Positions 28,735 to 38,032 of a stretch of 64,000 nucleotides of DNA are shown here, in pieces (the stretch's first letter is position 1; each line of letters opens with the position of its first letter). The position numbers and the translations under genes are program-made. Below the pieces are notes generated by a model. It was not told the origin of the DNA and ran no database searches. It saw only the letters and a list, made by a program, of their open reading frames with translations. This stretch comes from Deltaproteobacteria bacterium (GTDB lineage: Bacteria; Myxococcota; Kuafuiibacteriia; Kuafuiibacteriales; Kuafuiibacteriaceae): NCBI GenBank assembly GCA_040218735.1, contig JAVJQW010000023.1, positions 576,001-640,000 on the forward strand. The letters run 5' to 3'.

Positions 28735-29328
28735 CTAAGGTATGAGTATGGGCTGAACCGAAGTGACTCGATTCAACTCGACGGTAGGGATGTTTGTTGT
28801 TTTGGCTCCGGACGGCCACGTCACGATGACGGTCGCGCTGGATGCTGCGAGCTTCTCGGGCACGTGAACGACGAACTGCCAGCGTTGGGGGAACTCTTCC
28901 TTGGTGACGTAGACGGGCACCGTGTGGTTCGGGACCGACGGCGCCGGATCGACGAGCTGAACGGTGACGTCCTCAGGCGCGAGGTTCGCCACTGCGTTGT
29001 GCACTTCGCCCACCACGCGCGTGTCTTCAGGGCTGAACTGGAACGTCGCGCGTCGGTGGAGCTGAAGTGTCTGCGGTGAGGGCATCGGCGAGACGACCGT
29101 GGGGAGCTTCTTCGTCACGTAGTCGCGAGCCCACACCACGACGTCGTAGGTGCCCGGTGGGGTGTCGAGGACGACGAGATCTCCGCTCAGGTTCGTGACG
29201 ACGGGATAGAACATCCGCCGGTCGCGTAGCGTGTTGCTCGGGCTCTTGGGGACGAGCAGCTCCACGGAGGAGCTGCGAATCCGTCTCCCGGTCGAATAGT
29301 CGACCACCTTGAATCCGAGGTTCGGCAT
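28735..29328 (-). CDS. Carboxypeptidase-regulatory-like (transthyretin-type beta) eCIS accessory protein
   Basis: VTNLSGDLVVLDTPPGTYDVVV motif; typical position between DUF4255 and sheath genes. Confidence 0.65.
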   Translation of the reverse strand: MPNLGFKVVDYSTGRRIRSSSVELLVPKSPSNTLRDRRMFYPVVTNLSGDLVVLDTPPGTYDVVVWARDYVTKKLPTVVSPMPSPQTLQLHRRATFQFSPEDTRVVGEVHNAVANLAPEDVTVQLVDPAPSVPNHTVPVYVTKEEFPQRWQFVVHVPEKLAASSATVIVTWPSGAKTTNIPTVELNRVTSVQPILIP

Positions 29329-29340
29329 GACTTTCGTCCC

Positions 29341-29964
29341 TCAGGGGAGCGGGACCTCGGGCGGCACTTCGCTGGGGTTCGGGGCGCCGATGGTGTGCGG
29401 CGCGTTGCTGCGCTCCTGCACGATGCCGGAGGTGAAGACACGCTGAGACGCGATCGGGATGACGCGCGCCTTGTAGTAGAGCGCGAGCTTGAAGCGCTTG
29501 AACCCGAACGTCGTCCAGATGCGCGCCTGATCTTCGATGCTCGGGTTGTGCAGCGAGAGCTGCACCGTGTCGGCCGGATCCCAGCCGGCGCCGAGGTACA
29601 CGGGCTCGAGCTCGGCGTGGTCGTACATGACACGCAGGACGTCGCCGAGGAGCTGGTGCTCGTCGGTCGTGGAGGCCGCCCAAGCACACACCATGAAGTC
29701 GAGGTCGACGACACACGGCGGGACAACCTGCTGCGAGGTCCCGCCCACGCTCGAGACGACCTGGTGGTCGCGGTTCTTGAGGAAGGGGTTCTCGGAGATG
29801 TTGTAGAGAAAGACCGTCAGGCGCGGGCGCGGGATCGGGTCGGGGAGCAGATCGATGGACTCGATGAAGATCTGGGACGCGGTGATGCTGAGGAGCGAGA
29901 GATTCTCCTGCAGCACGCGCTTGAACGCGTCGCTCACCTGATAGATCGCCCGAGCATCCGCCAC
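29341..29964 (-). CDS. DUF4255 / Pvc16-like cap (tail terminator) protein
   Basis: RLTVFLYNISENPFLKN, PPCVVDLDFMVCAW, EHQLLGDVLRVMYD, IWTTF...LYYKARV. Confidence 0.88.
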   Translation of the reverse strand: MADARAIYQVSDAFKRVLQENLSLLSITASQIFIESIDLLPDPIPRPRLTVFLYNISENPFLKNRDHQVVSSVGGTSQQVVPPCVVDLDFMVCAWAASTTDEHQLLGDVLRVMYDHAELEPVYLGAGWDPADTVQLSLHNPSIEDQARIWTTFGFKRFKLALYYKARVIPIASQRVFTSGIVQERSNAPHTIGAPNPSEVPPEVPLP

Positions 29965-29966
29965 GG

Positions 29967-30290
29967 CTAGTCCTCCGAGAACGCTTCCAACAGCGCGTGG
30001 GGATCGTGGGCGCCGCGTCCGGCCACATGGATGCGGGTGGCGCCCGCGAGGTAGGCGTCGTGGTGGTCTTCGGGCGCCTCGCGGTCGGTGATCAGCCCGC
30101 GGACGCGGACGTGAAGCGGGATGCGCCCGAGCAGCGCCACGCCGGCGTCGTGGTGCCCGCGCGCGTCGATGACGACGGTCTCATCCGAGCCCTCCGTCCA
30201 GAAGCGCGAGGACGACAGATCGACGTAGACGACCCCGTCGGCGGAGCTCCACCGCCCCTCCCCCGCAACGTCCAGTAGCACCGTGCGCAT
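29967..30290 (-). CDS. Hypothetical protein (possible degenerate receiver-like fold), first gene of the eCIS operon
   Basis: 107-aa ORF ending 2 nt before the DUF4255 start; GGGAG RBS; AYLAGATR resembles the receiver motif A..AGA. Confidence 0.55.
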   Translation of the reverse strand: MRTVLLDVAGEGRWSSADGVVYVDLSSSRFWTEGSDETVVIDARGHHDAGVALLGRIPLHVRVRGLITDREAPEDHHDAYLAGATRIHVAGRGAHDPHALLEAFSED

Positions 30291-30303
30291 GACTCCCGGC
30301 TAG

Positions 30304-30404
30304 AGCAGGAAGCGATCCACATCGAGACACTCGCCAGCGGAGCCTGGGCGCCGGAGTGGGTTGCGGAATGCAACATGGGTTGCGCGACCAAGACGTTGCG
30401 CAAC
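30304..30404 (-). promoter_or_regulatory. Candidate sigma54 promoter (-24/-12) with upstream GTTGC/GCAAC enhancer-like repeats
   Basis: Minus strand TGGATCGCTTCCTGCT (30319-30304) has exact GG-N10-GC spacing. Upstream are GTTGC-N5-GCAAC (30360-30374), GTTGC (30379) and palindrome GTTGCGCAAC (30395-30404). Confidence 0.5.
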
Positions 30405-30432
30405 GGCGTCGGCGCGCCGCCCGTGACCGCTT

Positions 30433-33400
30433 TCAGCGGGAGACGCTGAGGTAGTCGATGCGCAGCAGGATGTCGTCGACCTCGTTGAGGCGAAGGCCAT
30501 CACCCACCGGCCGGCCCTCGTCGTCGACGTTCGGCAGCTCGCTCTCGGGGATGAACAACGCGTACTCACCGAAGAGGAGCCTCGCGGCGAGCTCGGTGCT
30601 CTCACCGTCGACGGTGGTGCTCGAGGCGAGCGTCGTCGGGTCCACGTTCAAGCGAGCCTGCAGTCGCGCCGTTGCGAAGTTCCTCGCCGAGTCGTCGACG
30701 AGGTTTGGGACGCCCTCGCCGACCCCGGGGAGGCGGAAGAGGTTTCGACGCGGCCGCGTGCTCGCGACCTGGAACGAGTCGTCGGCCGCACGCGCACAGC
30801 GGTTCGCGTAGAAGGTGTTGGCCTGCTGAATCTCCAGGTTCACCGTCTGCGCCAGCCCTTGGAACATGCGCGCCTCGTCGCCGACGACGGTCGCGTTGAG
30901 GCTCCATACGCGCTCGGCGCACGCGTTCTCGAGCGCAAACGGGATGCCCGAGGCGTCCCCTCGATTGAGCGCCGAGAGCGGCGCGAGGTTGAACGGGATG
31001 CGCACGCCGAGGCGACGACCATCCCTCCGCACCTCGAAGCGCGGGTGAGTCAGGATCGCGCGGAAGCGCTCGGTGGCGTCGAGGATGTGATTGCCCGGAT
31101 CGACTTCGAGCTGATCGGCGACCTGTAGGATCTCGTTCTTGAGGCTGATGACCTGGGTGAGCTCGGCCGGGACCGCACCGTTGACGGAGCCGGTGGCCTT
31201 GATCGCGCGGAGCTCGTCGAGCACCTCGACCAGGTCGTTCGCCTCCTGCGCCGCGAGCACGTCTGCGCGCGCCGACAAGGACTGCTGAAACTCGTACTCT
31301 ACCGCGCGCACGCCGAGGTACGACGCGCGGCGCGCGAGCGCGAACTTCCGACGGAACGCTTCGATGTCGTCGTTCAGCCACGGGTCGCGCCCGACAACGC
31401 TCGCGAGCGAAGCCTCCGCAGCCGCCACGTCGGCGAGCCCGCGCGGCACCCGTCGCACGAGTTGCTCGCGCAGCCCCTCGAACTCGAGGTACCCGGCCGA
31501 CGCTTCTTGCATCGCCCGACGAATACGCAGCTGGGCGGCGTCGAGTCCGACCAGCGCGAGCTCGGCCTCCTTGAAGCAACGCTCCTCCTCGATGTCATTC
31601 TCGATGCCGAGCACCGTGAGGTCGTGGCTGCGCTGGGCGTCGTCCATCGCGGCCTGGATCGCGAGCGAGGCGATCTCGAACCCAGCCGCCACGCCCCCCG
31701 CGGTGCAGGCCGTCCCCGACGCCGCGCCGAACTTCGTGTCCGAACCGACGGCATCGGCACAGTCCGCCACCGCGTGCGAGGCGACGGCGGCGGAGTCCAC
31801 CGCGGTCTTCGCTGCGTTGAGATCGGACATGGTGTTCGCGTGGTCCTCTTCGAGGCCCTCGATCTCTCGATTGCCCGCGCGGAGGATGTCGCAGCTCCGA
31901 ACCTGGATGTCGTACTCGTCGAGGAGCGCGTTGAACTCGGCGCGCGCCGTCGCGATGTCGGTCGCGAGGATGCGGAGGCCGAACGCGACCTCCCCGAGCG
32001 CGCCGGAGTAACACACCGACGGCGGCTGCGCCGTGCTGAGAGCGTCGGGCTGTCCGGGCAGCGGGAACAACAGCTGACACCGTTGCTGCTGCTCGAGGAA
32101 CGCCGTCCGCTGCGACAGCGTGGGATCGGCGGCGAGCGTGGTGAATGGGGCGACGAGGTCGGGATCGTACTCGACCTCGAACGCGTCGCCGGCGCCGGCC
32201 TGGCGGGGTGCGCAGCGGAGGCGCGCGGTCGTCGGATCGTCGCCGGTGAAGACCACCTGCGGCATCACGGCCGGGAAGTCCTCCGGGACGTCGGGGTTGA
32301 GGCACGGGTTCAGCGCCGCCGGCTTCAGCGTCCCGAAGAACGGCGCGCGGACGTAGCCGGGCGTCACGGGGATCGTCGCGACCCTCGGTCCCAGGTCGAT
32401 CTCACCGATCGCAGAGGATTCGCGCACGAAGACATCCGAGCCGCGGACGTCGAACCGGAACTCATCGAGTCGAATGTCTCCGTAGTACGGGCCGAGGCGC
32501 GCACGACGCCGCACCGTTGTGAGGTTCGCGTCCAGGATGCTCCCGAACGAGTCCCCGCCTACGCCGAAGTCGCGGCTGGCCTTCGCGTGGATCTCACTCA
32601 GGAGTGGGGAGGCATAGTCGATGAGGTTGTGGTCGAAGCCGCGCATGTACCGACCGACGTACTGATCGTCCGCCTTCTCTTCTTCGCTCGGCTCTCGACC
32701 CGCTACGTACTCGAATTCAATCGACGTCGCCGTGACTCCGACGCGCCCGGAGGCCATGCAGAGCTCCTGATAGATCGTGCTCCGGACGCTCTCGAGCTCG
32801 CGCTCGGCGTCCGACACTGGGTCGGGTTGCGGGGTGCACACCGGCAGGTCGCTCTGGTACCAGCACCCGTCGATGTCGAGGTCGCCGTCCTCGAGCGCGA
32901 TCGCGAGCGCCTCTGCACCCAGCCCCCCGAAGACATCGTCGCCGCACAGATCCAGGACCTCCGCGCCGAGCGCCACGCGCTCCATGCGGACGAACAGATC
33001 ACGGTCCGCCTGAACGTTCTCGACCTGGACCATCCGCTGCTGCTCCGCGAGGTACGCCGTGCGCGCGGTCGCGAAGGCATCGACCGCGTCCTGCACCAGG
33101 GAGGGCACGGGGGAGAAGGTCGAGAAGTCACTCCCGATCAGATAGTCACTCACCGCGGTGAACCGTGAGCCGGCGTCCGTCGCCACCTGTTCGAAGTACA
33201 GCGGGAGATCCTCGTCCTCGATCCCGAGTGGGTTGCGTCCCGCGTTGACCGCTTGAATGAGCTGCACCGCCTCGGCTTGTGCGTCCGCCGCGCGGGTGAC
33301 CGCACGATCGAGCGCCGCCTTCCACTCGGGCGTTCGTCGGAGCGTGACCCCGGCGAGGAGCTCGTTGACCAGGCCGTTGAGCGGGACCTGCAGCCGCAGC

Positions 33401-36324
33401 GCTTCACTCACTTCCGTCGGCAGCGTCGTGGCGCCGAGCCGAACGTCGTGCTCGACGAGGCGTGCGACGAGCTGACTGTGGACCTCGAGGAGCTCCGTGA
33501 CCGAAGTGAGGAGGCTTTCGTCGGTGGACCACAGGGCCGGCGCGGGATCGTCGACCGCGGTGACGGCGTCGTAGATGTTCTTCTCGGCCAAGACCGCGTC
33601 GTCGAGCGAAGCGAGCGGCGTGAAGACGCGCGGGTGGAGGAGGAGTCTGAGCGCTTGGTTCGTGCGCGCGATGGCGTCGACCAGCGCGCTGCGTTCATCG
33701 GTCGAGTCCACGCCCGGGAGCACCTCGACGCGCTGCACCGCCTCCGAAGCGACGAATGTCGCCGCCTGAACGAACCGCTGCGCGAGCCGCGCGGTCAGGA
33801 CGTCGGGACGCGGATCCTCGGGCGCGCCGTCGGGTGTGCCCACGAGCGCCGCGGCCCGGATCGACTCGCTCACGGCGCCGAAGCGCGTGAGGAACCGAGG
33901 CGCGCTGAGACACGTGCTCTCGTCGAACCCGCCGCGGCCGAGGCGGGCCGAGAGATCTCCGGTCGTGCCGGGCGAAGGCGGCTGAGCGAGCGCTTCGAGA
34001 TCCGAGCGACACGCCGTGAGCAGCTCGTCGGCGGCCCTCGGCTGGTCGAGCCCGACGGCCAGGCCGGCGCCGTTCTCACACTGCAGATCACCCGTCGCCG
34101 GGTCGAGCGCGCTGGTGAATCGGTCGGGCTCGAAGGCGGCCCCATTCGCCGATCGGTGATCGCAGAGGATCGAGGTGACCGCATTCTTCGAGACCGGCCG
34201 CACTTCGCACCCGGCCGTCGCCGTCACGGGGACGATGACGGACTCCAGTCGGATCTGATTGTCCTCCCCCGATATGAGTACGGCGAGCCCGATATTGAAC
34301 TGCCGCGCCTGCACCGTACCGGCGGTGGTCAGATCGATGGGCTCGCACTGGTAGCGCCGAGCCAGCGCCTCGCAGAAGTTGGCGCCGCCCGACGAACGCG
34401 CAGGATCGAAGCGGGGACGATTGTTGTGGGTTCGTCCGTCGGTGCGTACCGAGAAGACGACGTCCGTGGCCGCGTTTTCGAATGCGCAGGGGACGACGGG
34501 TCGTGTGGTCCGACCGCCGATGGTCCACGTGGTCGGGAATGGCGCGTGCGCCGTGGATGCCAGCGAGACGAGGCTCACGTCGGGCTGCGGCTGCTCGTAG
34601 TCACTCACCTCGAGGGTGGAGTCGACGAAGAAGGCCATGGCGATCGACTGGATGCGATCGCGCATCCCGATATCCCTGAATCCGGTGAAGTGACCGAATC
34701 TCGCGAGGACGAACCCATCTAGCCAACCGGCGAAGTCACCCCCCATCCAGTCACCGAAATAGGCCTTGGCGGTGAACTCATCGACGGCGCCTGTCGGGGG
34801 AATCGTCTCCCAGCCGTCGAACCTCGTGAGCATTCCGATGTTGGGTGCATCGTCGGCCGCACCCTGATCCGCAAGCATCGTCGGCGGTCGCGCGTCCGCG
34901 ATGAACCCTCCCAGCACCGTCTGGAGCCACGCTCGTGAGTCGGTCGTGAGCGGCCCTGAGAACGCGGACTGTGGGAGACTCGGCGCGTCCGACTGCGCAC
35001 GACGCCAGACGCTCCGCTGGTCTTCCAGGGTGAGTTGTGTCTGCTCGAGATCCGCGACGAGATCGACGTAGTTCTGTTCGGCGAGGAACCTCGTCGTCGC
35101 CTCCTGCGCCGGGACGTACGCGAGCTGCGCGTCCGAATCGACCGCCGGGGGCGCGCCCTCGGGGAGGTCGTCGGTTCGCTCCAACGCGATCTCGAACACC
35201 GCGATCGGCTCCCGCGCGATGTTCGCCGAGACCCCGGTCAACGTCACCGCGAGCGAGAAGCGGAGGTCTCCGCTCCACGTCTCGGCCAACGGATCGGTGC
35301 GAAGCCCGGCCGGCTCCGCGACCGCGACGACGTGGAGCCGGCCGCTCCCCGCCACGGGCGACGGCGCAGCCCACTCGAAGGCCGGCATCACGACGGAGCC
35401 GAACACGTCATCGTCGTCCGGCGCCAACTCGAGCGTGCCGGTCCACGCTCCGGCGGGGTTCATCAGGCGGCTGTCGTCGATGATCCGGATGCGTGCTTCG
35501 TTGCCGTTCGGCTCGTAGACCTCCGCGCGGATCGGGACCGTGATGCGCGCGACGGGCGGAGCGAGCGAGAACGCGTTTGCGCCCACTTGTACGAGCTGCA
35601 TCTGCCCCGCGTAGACCCCGGCGACCGGGCCAACGGGCGCAGTCACGAGGTCCGGTGCCACCGTCGCCTCGCTGCGTCCCCCCGCGTCGTCCAACACCTG
35701 CACGCGCGCCGACGCGCTCGGTTCGCCCATCATCGAAGGCGACTCCTTCACGGCGATGTCCGTCACCGAGTCGGCCGCCAGACCCTCGAGCATCAGCTCC
35801 GATCCGAAGTCGAGCTCGTCGAGGTCGACGCCGGGCGGTGCGAGCGCGACCTCGACGTTCGCGCCAGGCGCCACGCGAGCCCGGGCGACTGGGCCCCCGT
35901 CGGCGCGAATCGAAAGTGTGTAGATGCCGCTCGGGCTCCTACGGACCTGCGCTTGTTGGAGCGTCGCACGTCCCTTGCCGTCGAGGTTGGCGAGCGGGAA
36001 GACGTTCGTGCCCTCGAGGGCGCAGCGCCCGAAGTCGTCGCAGAGCTCACCGTCGGTGCAATCCGCGTCCGCCGTACACTCGAAGGCACACACCCCCAGA
36101 TCGCAGAACGAGCCGCACGCGCAATGGTCGTCGCGCGTACATCGCCGCGCCTCGAATGTGTCCGGTCGCTCGCAGGCCACGACGGGGGCCGGATCCGGGT
36201 CCGGGCGGGGCCCAGGTTCGTCGCCGGACCCGCAGGCGACCACCAGACCGACAGCGAGGACCGCGACACCTACTCTCTTCGTGGCGATGGTGTGGAGGCC
36301 TGTGTCGTTCCGGTAGTGCTTCAT
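30433..36324 (-). CDS. 1963-aa lipoprotein with Cys-rich N-terminus and TcA-toxin-like C-terminal region
   Basis: Signal peptide with lipobox (GLVVAC), CxxDxxCxxGxxC repeats, long coiled coils around a small-residue hairpin, RASYLGVRAVEYEF and terminal LNEVDDILLRIDYLS. Confidence 0.75.
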   Translation of the reverse strand: MKHYRNDTGLHTIATKRVGVAVLAVGLVVACGSGDEPGPRPDPDPAPVVACERPDTFEARRCTRDDHCACGSFCDLGVCAFECTADADCTDGELCDDFGRCALEGTNVFPLANLDGKGRATLQQAQVRRSPSGIYTLSIRADGGPVARARVAPGANVEVALAPPGVDLDELDFGSELMLEGLAADSVTDIAVKESPSMMGEPSASARVQVLDDAGGRSEATVAPDLVTAPVGPVAGVYAGQMQLVQVGANAFSLAPPVARITVPIRAEVYEPNGNEARIRIIDDSRLMNPAGAWTGTLELAPDDDDVFGSVVMPAFEWAAPSPVAGSGRLHVVAVAEPAGLRTDPLAETWSGDLRFSLAVTLTGVSANIAREPIAVFEIALERTDDLPEGAPPAVDSDAQLAYVPAQEATTRFLAEQNYVDLVADLEQTQLTLEDQRSVWRRAQSDAPSLPQSAFSGPLTTDSRAWLQTVLGGFIADARPPTMLADQGAADDAPNIGMLTRFDGWETIPPTGAVDEFTAKAYFGDWMGGDFAGWLDGFVLARFGHFTGFRDIGMRDRIQSIAMAFFVDSTLEVSDYEQPQPDVSLVSLASTAHAPFPTTWTIGGRTTRPVVPCAFENAATDVVFSVRTDGRTHNNRPRFDPARSSGGANFCEALARRYQCEPIDLTTAGTVQARQFNIGLAVLISGEDNQIRLESVIVPVTATAGCEVRPVSKNAVTSILCDHRSANGAAFEPDRFTSALDPATGDLQCENGAGLAVGLDQPRAADELLTACRSDLEALAQPPSPGTTGDLSARLGRGGFDESTCLSAPRFLTRFGAVSESIRAAALVGTPDGAPEDPRPDVLTARLAQRFVQAATFVASEAVQRVEVLPGVDSTDERSALVDAIARTNQALRLLLHPRVFTPLASLDDAVLAEKNIYDAVTAVDDPAPALWSTDESLLTSVTELLEVHSQLVARLVEHDVRLGATTLPTEVSEALRLQVPLNGLVNELLAGVTLRRTPEWKAALDRAVTRAADAQAEAVQLIQAVNAGRNPLGIEDEDLPLYFEQVATDAGSRFTAVSDYLIGSDFSTFSPVPSLVQDAVDAFATARTAYLAEQQRMVQVENVQADRDLFVRMERVALGAEVLDLCGDDVFGGLGAEALAIALEDGDLDIDGCWYQSDLPVCTPQPDPVSDAERELESVRSTIYQELCMASGRVGVTATSIEFEYVAGREPSEEEKADDQYVGRYMRGFDHNLIDYASPLLSEIHAKASRDFGVGGDSFGSILDANLTTVRRRARLGPYYGDIRLDEFRFDVRGSDVFVRESSAIGEIDLGPRVATIPVTPGYVRAPFFGTLKPAALNPCLNPDVPEDFPAVMPQVVFTGDDPTTARLRCAPRQAGAGDAFEVEYDPDLVAPFTTLAADPTLSQRTAFLEQQQRCQLLFPLPGQPDALSTAQPPSVCYSGALGEVAFGLRILATDIATARAEFNALLDEYDIQVRSCDILRAGNREIEGLEEDHANTMSDLNAAKTAVDSAAVASHAVADCADAVGSDTKFGAASGTACTAGGVAAGFEIASLAIQAAMDDAQRSHDLTVLGIENDIEEERCFKEAELALVGLDAAQLRIRRAMQEASAGYLEFEGLREQLVRRVPRGLADVAAAEASLASVVGRDPWLNDDIEAFRRKFALARRASYLGVRAVEYEFQQSLSARADVLAAQEANDLVEVLDELRAIKATGSVNGAVPAELTQVISLKNEILQVADQLEVDPGNHILDATERFRAILTHPRFEVRRDGRRLGVRIPFNLAPLSALNRGDASGIPFALENACAERVWSLNATVVGDEARMFQGLAQTVNLEIQQANTFYANRCARAADDSFQVASTRPRRNLFRLPGVGEGVPNLVDDSARNFATARLQARLNVDPTTLASSTTVDGESTELAARLLFGEYALFIPESELPNVDDEGRPVGDGLRLNEVDDILLRIDYLSVSR

Positions 36325-36759
36325 CGATCCCGTACGGGTGATATCAACAGAGGTCGGTGTTACGAAATCGTTCCGCGCGCAAGGCAGCGGGAGGTCGCCT
36401 ATCGCCCACGAATCGGGCCCTACGGTGCCGCTGAGCGTCTCCTCGGCCCTTCACGCGATTTGTCCGAGCGGTACGCCCGTTCTCTCATCGTGAAGAGCTC
36501 ACGCGACGCCGGAGACGAAGTCGAGCCCACCCGCGTGATGCCCCGACGCCACCGCATCTCAGTTCTCTCACGCGGTGAGCACGCGTCTCGTGTCGCGCTC
36601 CATCGAGGTGGCTGCCCGGCGCCGTGCAGGTGCGGCGGTCTTGCCTCGATGAAGGCGCGCAAGGTCAACCAACGGTCCACCCGCGACTGAACACAACCGA
36701 ACGCGAGCGTCGCGGTAATTCACGAGCTGCGGGTCCAAGCAGGCGGAGGATCCCGTCGA

Positions 36760-37983
36760 ATGACCATCACCCCCCTGCGCTCACCGGGCTCGATTCACAG
36801 AACGACGACGCCCGAGCACGGTCGACGCCCCGACCTCCGCGACGTACGCGACGTACGCGCACTGACCAACCCCGACACCTTCACGAAGGCGTCGGCGGAG
36901 CCCAAGCGCACAACCACCCAAGCGAAGCGCTCCGCCTGGGTTCAGTCCCCGACCAGGGGGATCGACGCGATCGACGCGCGCCTCCGGAAATCGGGTTTCA
37001 ACGGGACCGTCCTCGTCGCGAAGAACGGGAAGGTACTGATGGAACGCGGCTACGGGCTCGCCAACCGCACCACCGGCGTGAAGAACGGGGCCGACACACT
37101 CTACGACGTCGGGTCCGTCACGAAGCAGTTCACTGCGGCGGCGCTCCTGAAGCTCCAGGAGCAGGGCAAGCTCTCGCTCGACGATCCGATCTCCAAGTAC
37201 TTCGAGGTCCCCGCGGCGCGGCGTGACATCACGCTGCGGCAGCTCCTGCAGCACCGCTCCGGGCTCGGCTATCCCAGCGAGTCGGCGCTCGCGAACACCA
37301 ACCCGGACGACCCGAAGTCGTTCCTCGAAGCCTTCCTGGCGAAGGCCCCGACGATCGGCAAACCCGGGGAGCGCTACGAGTACAGCAACCTCGGCTACAA
37401 CGTCCTCGCCAACGTCGTAGAGCAGGCGAGCGGACGTTCCTACGAGGACTACGTGAAGCGAAACCTGTTCGGACCGGCGAAGATGACTTCCAGCGGATTC
37501 AACGAGCCGGGCTCCGTCGATCCCCAGCGCGCCGCCACCGGCTACGAGAACAGGAACGAGGAGGCGCTCCCCGCCGGCGAGCTCCCGAACAGCTGGGGCT
37601 ACAAGGGCGCGACCGGCGTCGTGACCTCGGCGCGCGACATGCTGCGCTGGGCGGAGGCGTTGAAGGACAACCGCGTCCTTTCGAAGGCGTCCACCCAGGA
37701 GCTCTTCGCGACCGCCGGCGACCGCTCGGGGTACGCGTTGGGCTGGGAGGTCCAACGCGACGCCAAGGGCAACATCACGTCGGTCGGCCACGGCGGCTCG
37801 ACCATCGGCTTCGCGTCCAACTTCACCATCGACCCGCGCAGCGGGATGGTCTTCGTGACCCTCAGCAACGACGAAGCCGGCTCCGAGCGAGCGATCGGCA
37901 TCCCCGAGGAGGAGTGGGCGAAGTACGCGCGCAGGCTCGACGACCTCGGACGCCCGTCCACCTGGCCCAGCCTCGGAAAGTAG
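36760..37983 (+). CDS. Serine hydrolase, beta-lactamase class C / AmpC-like superfamily
   Basis: SxxK (GSVTKQF), LLQHRSGL, YxN (YEYSNLGY), GHGGS. Confidence 0.9.
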   Translation: MTITPLRSPGSIHRTTTPEHGRRPDLRDVRDVRALTNPDTFTKASAEPKRTTTQAKRSAWVQSPTRGIDAIDARLRKSGFNGTVLVAKNGKVLMERGYGLANRTTGVKNGADTLYDVGSVTKQFTAAALLKLQEQGKLSLDDPISKYFEVPAARRDITLRQLLQHRSGLGYPSESALANTNPDDPKSFLEAFLAKAPTIGKPGERYEYSNLGYNVLANVVEQASGRSYEDYVKRNLFGPAKMTSSGFNEPGSVDPQRAATGYENRNEEALPAGELPNSWGYKGATGVVTSARDMLRWAEALKDNRVLSKASTQELFATAGDRSGYALGWEVQRDAKGNITSVGHGGSTIGFASNFTIDPRSGMVFVTLSNDEAGSERAIGIPEEEWAKYARRLDDLGRPSTWPSLGK

Positions 37984-38032
37984 CCGCCGAAATCAATCGA
38001 CCGCGTCGAGGACGGTGGCACGAGCGGCCGCC

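Larger units (their letters stand above)
2023..30290 (-). other. Extracellular contractile injection system (eCIS, Afp/PVC-like) locus
   Basis: Cap (DUF4255), 2 sheaths, 2 tubes, LysM initiator, hub, spike, gp25, baseplate J, tape measure and AAA+ ATPase in tightly overlapping order. No capsid, portal, terminase or TssJLM genes seen. Confidence 0.93.

Noticed and set aside
7570-29964. Prophage or T6SS interpretation of the tail genes
   Set aside because: No capsid, portal, terminase or TssJLM/ClpV genes; DUF4255, Afp15-like ATPase and LysM initiator indicate eCIS.
36760-37983. Antibiotic-resistance beta-lactamase
   Set aside because: Motifs only place it in the broad serine hydrolase family; nothing indicates true AmpC activity.
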